Shown here: one piece after another, positions 15,659 to 19,508 of the stretch
How positions within the stretch are numbered: the first letter of the stretch is position 1
Layout: each line of letters opens with the position of its first letter
Origin: Candidatus Bathyarchaeum sp.
GTDB taxonomy: Archaea > Thermoproteota > Bathyarchaeia > Bathyarchaeales > Bathyarchaeaceae
Assembly (NCBI GenBank): GCA_026014495.1
Contig: JAOZIF010000068.1
Location: 1 to 19,508, forward strand
Length of the DNA stretch: 19,508 nt
Reading direction: 5' to 3'
Notes under the pieces: model-generated
The model's input: the letters and a program-made list of their open reading frames with translations, nothing else
What the model was told of the DNA's origin: nothing
Databases searched by the model: none
Made by a program: the position numbers and the translations under genes

Positions 15659-17158
15659 TTAATCAATTTTGCGTGCGGACACAAAAATGTTCAGTATGCC
15701 CGCAATAATGGACACCAAGCCGACAAGAATTATGATTACAAGTAGGGAAGATGTCACAATAAGTGGAGCCACAGCAATCACTGTTACTCCTGCGCCAAAA
15801 CATATGCCGCCAACTGCAACCTGTAACCTGTTAAAGTCGACTTCGCGTTTCACCATCCTTAGATAATATGTAACAAGCACTATTGATATCATTCCCAGAC
15901 TGGATAGTAAAGCACTTGAAGCGTTAACGTCGTTCAAGACTATTGGAAATGTAAGTAGCAAAACAGACATGACTATTCCAGCGATGGGAGTAAGCGGATA
16001 GAACGGCGCCTTGAACGGTCTTTCTAGACGAGGCTTTTTTCTTCTGAGTTGAATAAGCGACAGATTAACCAAAGCAAACACTAACAAAGAACCAAAACTC
16101 GCCGCGTAACCAAGAAACTCTACTGCTCCACTGGTGCCAAAAAATATCACAAAAAGCGAGCTTGCAATAATTGCTATGTAGCGTGTTCCAAATCGTTTGT
16201 GTGCCTTTTGTAGTGCATTGGGCAAATATCCATCTCTACTCATGCCCCCCAGAATGCTGGACTGAACACTCATTGCCGTGCCCACAGACGAAACACTAGC
16301 AAATATACCCGCCAAAGCAAAAAGGATGGCGCCTATAGGACCCAAAATAGTTGACGCTGCAATGTTAAGCAAAGGCAACTCACTGCCAGTTACTTCCCCC
16401 CCAAGAGGGACTGCCCCAACAGCAACGTAAGCAACCGCAAAATAAACTGCAGTCAACAAAACGGTTGTTATCATCAAAGCTCGGGGAACATTTTTTCCTG
16501 GATTTTTAATCTGCGGAGCCCCAGCCACTAGCGCTCTCATTCCAACAAACATAGGAAAAAGGTAGGCAGCAGTTGCGAAAAAGACTACTAAACTGTTGCC
16601 TGTGGCTTCGGGTACTATGTTTTGTGGTGTCAGAGTGTATCCAACGCTCATTGCAAGAAAAATTACGAATATGGTCAAGAATGCTCCCACAATGAGTGTG
16701 GTTGCTTCTTCTACTCCTCGAATGGCTAAGATTATGAGAATAACAACTAAGCCTATAATCAACAAAGAAACATTGGCTAAAACAAGGTCTTGTATTGACG
16801 GTGCAAAAACCGAAAAAAGCACTCCAAGCTGTTCAACGAAAACCACAGCAGCAAGGGCTCCACCAAATATGCTGGCAAGCCACCTAAGACAGCCCGCCAT
16901 GAACGCTATAACGCCACCAAACGCAACTTTGGTGTAGGTGTATTCGCCTCCAACCTCTGGGATGGCTGCGCTGAGTTCACTGTAACTAAGCATTGTTAAC
17001 AGATTAATTATGCCACAAAAGAACAGAGCAGATAGCATGCTAGGTCCTGCCAAATCAAAATAGGCATAATTTAGTAACGCAAAAATCTCAAACCCTATTG
17101 CACCGCCCAAACCCATTATAACTGCACTAAAAAGACCATATTTTTTCTCGTTAGTCAA
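15659..17158 (-). CDS. APC-superfamily amino acid permease with an extra C-terminal 2-TM extension
   Basis: G.AIG..IF (TM1), SYSELSAAIPEVGGEYTY..VAFG, IKNPGKNVPRA, GMSRDGYLP, RPFKAPFYP; AAGGAGG SD upstream of the TTG. Confidence 0.93.
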   Translation of the reverse strand: MTNEKKYGLFSAVIMGLGGAIGFEIFALLNYAYFDLAGPSMLSALFFCGIINLLTMLSYSELSAAIPEVGGEYTYTKVAFGGVIAFMAGCLRWLASIFGGALAAVVFVEQLGVLFSVFAPSIQDLVLANVSLLIIGLVVILIILAIRGVEEATTLIVGAFLTIFVIFLAMSVGYTLTPQNIVPEATGNSLVVFFATAAYLFPMFVGMRALVAGAPQIKNPGKNVPRALMITTVLLTAVYFAVAYVAVGAVPLGGEVTGSELPLLNIAASTILGPIGAILFALAGIFASVSSVGTAMSVQSSILGGMSRDGYLPNALQKAHKRFGTRYIAIIASSLFVIFFGTSGAVEFLGYAASFGSLLVFALVNLSLIQLRRKKPRLERPFKAPFYPLTPIAGIVMSVLLLTFPIVLNDVNASSALLSSLGMISIVLVTYYLRMVKREVDFNRLQVAVGGICFGAGVTVIAVAPLIVTSSLLVIIILVGLVSIIAGILNIFVSARKID

Positions 17159-17173
17159 GTAACATGTTCCTCC

Positions 17174-17407
17174 TTAGTCTATTCTCCACCATTCACGAAT
17201 CAAAGAAACCCCATTTATAACAGAAAAAACACTGAACAACACTAGAACAAGCAGACAAAGTGGCAAAAGTTCAAGAGGCAACTTGAATAATGTTTGAACT
17301 TCCAGAATATTAAAAAATAGCAAAACTGCCAAAACTGCAGCTGCTCCTCCTATTAAACTCTGGACTATTCCAACGATTGTGGACAGGATTCTTCTGTTTT
17401 TAATCAT
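17174..17407 (-). CDS. Small membrane protein, 77 aa (2 TM)
   Basis: ATG at 17407 with GGTGA SD, just after the upstream stop; two hydrophobic helices. The track start at 17449 would overlap the upstream gene. Confidence 0.7.
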   Translation of the reverse strand: MIKNRRILSTIVGIVQSLIGGAAAVLAVLLFFNILEVQTLFKLPLELLPLCLLVLVLFSVFSVINGVSLIREWWRID

Positions 17408-17411
17408 GTTT

Positions 17412-17642
17412 TCACCTTCGCCAGAGTATGATTCCAGCCAATAAATCAATCAAACCAATCGCCAACAACAGACCTAACCAGAGGCTCTGAAGATTCTCAG
17501 TTTCGATAACGCCAAAGTCAACTACCCCCAAGAAGCTGACAATGAACACTGCTGTTATTATGATTCCCACAAATATTAGAAACCCACCTAAGGCAACCGC
17601 AAATCTACTAAATAATTTTGTAATACCCGACACCTTTTTCAC
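17412..17642 (-). CDS. Small membrane protein, 76 aa (2 TM)
   Basis: GTG start overlaps the upstream TGA (GTGA); two hydrophobic helices; similar to the C-terminal extension of the APC permease. Confidence 0.75.
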   Translation of the reverse strand: MKKVSGITKLFSRFAVALGGFLIFVGIIITAVFIVSFLGVVDFGVIETENLQSLWLGLLLAIGLIDLLAGIILWRR

Positions 17643-17833
17643 CCTGTTATCCTTTGCTCCGAATACTTCGTATTGATCAAATCATTAATAATCGTCCTTT
17701 TCTGTGGAACTGTAGATTTTTCATCAGTAACATCTCTGACAAGTCTTCTGGTTGTAATAATCTCAAGGACGTCCAAAATTGTCAACCTCACATTTTTGAA
17801 CAGTTTCTGATCAGCCTCTACTGCCTCATTCAA
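17639..17833 (-). CDS. Hypothetical soluble protein, 64 aa, first gene of the APC operon
   Basis: Stop overlaps the next start by 4 nt, suggesting translational coupling; no recognisable motif. Confidence 0.5.
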   Translation of the reverse strand: MNEAVEADQKLFKNVRLTILDVLEIITTRRLVRDVTDEKSTVPQKRTIINDLINTKYSEQRITG

Positions 17834-18005
17834 GCAAGTTGCCTCGCTTCTAAAGCGCCTCTTCCCCCTTTTTGTGTAACTAAGGCATTTTTAGCATCTT
17901 ATCTGTTTTCACATTTAAATTTTCACTGAATCCCCATGCTGGTGCCTTCAATATTTCTACAAACGAACCATTTTCTTCGTAACTTCGTGTTATCAACGAT
18001 TATTG

Positions 18006-18021
18006 CAACAAAATTTAAGAA
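18006..18021 (+). promoter_or_regulatory. Putative BRE/TATA promoter for purA
   Basis: CAACAAAA-TTTAAGAA, with TTTAAG about 37 nt upstream of the ATG. Confidence 0.4.
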
Positions 18022-18055
18022 CCACAGACCACGTTGAACATGCTGGAGCGATACT

Positions 18056-19072
18056 ATGCCCTGTACAGTATTAGTTTGTGGATTTTTCGGAGACACCGGA
18101 AAAGGAAAAATGATATCCTATTTAGCTATAAAAGACAAAACTGCAGTAACGGCAAGAGCTGGGGTTGGTCCCAATGCAGGCCACACTGTAGTTTATGAAG
18201 GAAAAACCTACAAGCTCAGAATGCTGCCCAGTGCCTTCACAGCTCCTGATTGTCGCCTTCTTATTGGACCCGGAGTTCTGGTTAACCCCGAAATTTTCTT
18301 AAATGAAGTAAACGACCTAGGCACAAAAGGCAGAGTTGGCGTAGACCCACAATGTGCAATAATTGAACCTAAACACATGGAAGCAGACAAAAAAGGGTAT
18401 CTTGCACAAAAAATTAAATCAACTGGTTCAGGGTCAGGTCCATGCAACTCTGATCGAGTAATGCGAATCGCCAAATTAGCTCGCGAATTTCCAAATCTCA
18501 AAGAATTTTTGGTGGACGTTCCCCTAGAAGTGAACACCGCCATTAACGAGGGAAAAAACGTTTTGATTGAAGGCACCCAAGGAACATACCTTTCACTGTT
18601 CCACGGAACCTACCCCTACTGCACATCTAAAGACGTTTGCGCAGCGGCTGCGTGTTCAGATGTTGGTGTTGGCCCAACAAGCGTTGATGATGTTATAGTA
18701 GTATTCAAAGCTTACAATACCCGTGTCGGAGGTGGTCCTCTTGCAGGTGAGCTTTCATGGGAAGAAGCGCAAAAACGTGGATGGGCTGAAATTGCAACAA
18801 ATACTGGACGAAAACGAAGAGCTGCGCCCTTTGATTTTGATTTGGCAAAACGTGCAGTTATGTTGAATGGCGCCACCCAAGTTACCGTAACAAAGATTGA
18901 TGTTCTGTTTCCTGAATGCAAAGGCCTTACAGCATATGATGAAATCTCTAGGGAAGCAAAAGCGTTTGTCGAGAACATAGAAAAGCAACTCAAAGTTCCC
19001 GTTACAATGCTGGGTACTGGTCCAGGCACAATGGAAGTAGTCGATAGGCGAGCTGATTTAAAGAAAAGCTAA
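18056..19072 (+). CDS. purA: Adenylosuccinate synthetase, short archaeal form
   Basis: FGDTGKGK P-loop, GPNAGHT, EGTQGT.LSL.HGTYPY.TS, TRVGGGP, TGRKRR, TKID GTP-specificity motif, GTGP. Confidence 0.95.
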   Translation: MPCTVLVCGFFGDTGKGKMISYLAIKDKTAVTARAGVGPNAGHTVVYEGKTYKLRMLPSAFTAPDCRLLIGPGVLVNPEIFLNEVNDLGTKGRVGVDPQCAIIEPKHMEADKKGYLAQKIKSTGSGSGPCNSDRVMRIAKLAREFPNLKEFLVDVPLEVNTAINEGKNVLIEGTQGTYLSLFHGTYPYCTSKDVCAAAACSDVGVGPTSVDDVIVVFKAYNTRVGGGPLAGELSWEEAQKRGWAEIATNTGRKRRAAPFDFDLAKRAVMLNGATQVTVTKIDVLFPECKGLTAYDEISREAKAFVENIEKQLKVPVTMLGTGPGTMEVVDRRADLKKS

Positions 19073-19212
19073 AAGAGCAAGAGGACCAATAGAGTGTGAA
19101 TCAGCAAAAAGTTACCCAGTGGATACAAACGAGTGTTAGAAAATTGCAGTCTAGGCCGTAAGTTGCCAAATTTGTTGACGCCACTAAACAACTATGTTCT
19201 AATCGAGAGATA

Positions 19213-19220
19213 CTTTAAAA
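19213..19220 (+). promoter_or_regulatory. Putative TATA box for the eL22-like gene
   Basis: CTTTAAAA preceded by purine-rich GAGAGA, about 43 nt upstream of the ATG at 19263; GAGGT SD just before the start. Confidence 0.4.
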
Positions 19221-19262
19221 GGCAGTTCTGTTTTTGGTTGTGGATGTGAGGTTTAACTTAAC

Positions 19263-19508
19263 ATGTCAAGTGTTGCGATAAATGTTTCTGAGCTTCAAAG
19301 TTTTGATGATGATTGTGTAAAAGAGTTGGCGGCCTTTCTTGAGGAACGCTTAGAAGGCACTGTTGCTGTTGGAAAACAGGAAGTAACCCTAAATTTTGAG
19401 GAAGGCAAAGAAGCTTCAAGGTCGTGTTTGCGGTTGCTTCTTCGAAAATATTTGCATCAAGCATACTTGAAAGAGGATTTCAGGGTTATTTCTGGCGGAG
19501 AAGACAGT
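19263..19508 (+). CDS. eL22 (L22e)-like ribosomal protein, truncated at the window edge (absent from the ORF track)
   Basis: Open to the edge for 82 codons: MSSVAINVSELQSFDDDCVKELAAFLEERLEGTVAVGKQEVTLNFEEGKEASRSCLRLLLRKYLHQAYLKEDFRVISGGEDS. The LRLLLRKYLH...LKEDFRVIS segment resembles the eukaryotic eL22 helix-strand (L..L.KKYLKK..LRDWLRVVA). Confidence 0.7.
   Translation, partial: MSSVAINVSELQSFDDDCVKELAAFLEERLEGTVAVGKQEVTLNFEEGKEASRSCLRLLLRKYLHQAYLKEDFRVISGGEDS

Noticed and set aside
18056-19072. Calling this gene purZ
   Set aside because: It retains the catalytic Asp (GD) and the TKID GTP-binding motif, and there are no phage or Z-genome genes nearby.
572-19464. The many short antisense or overlapping ORFs in the track (e.g. 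2770-3057+, 3074-3421+, 5340-5690+, 13063-13548+, 15257-15637+, 16596-16937+, 18208-18576-, 19258-19464-)
   Set aside because: They lie opposite or inside well-supported genes, have no motifs and show shadow-frame composition.
1-19508. CRISPR array, tRNA or rRNA
   Set aside because: No regularly spaced repeats or cloverleaf/rRNA-like sequence were recognised by eye; a tRNAscan-SE/Infernal run would be the definitive check.

Overview
Archaeal chromosomal window, most likely Bathyarchaeia. This is inferred from the gene families present: an eL22-like ribosomal protein, a DUF5752-type protein, an IPEF-tailed beta-helix protein, a short-form PurA and an archaeal ATP-dependent ligase. The left third is a minus-strand redox operon with abutting or overlapping genes: an HdrC-like + GltD/SudA-like NAD(P)-flavoprotein fusion, an HdrA-MvhD fusion, an FwdF-like polyferredoxin and a secreted 383-aa unknown protein. 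No hdrB or mvhAG is in the window. Next come a frameshifted tyrosine-integrase relic, cooC plus a CoA-binding protein, an unannotated 47-aa membrane ORF, a radical SAM protein, two unknown proteins, an Lrp regulator with a 34-bp palindrome upstream, a DUF5752-like gene and the DNA ligase. The right part holds a NosD-like PEF-tailed surface protein and a five-gene APC-permease operon in which one 2-TM module appears to recur four times. It ends with purA (unusual GDTGKGK loop) and a truncated eL22-like gene missed by the ORF track. No rRNA, tRNA or CRISPR array was recognised. All family calls come from motif recognition by eye, not database searches.
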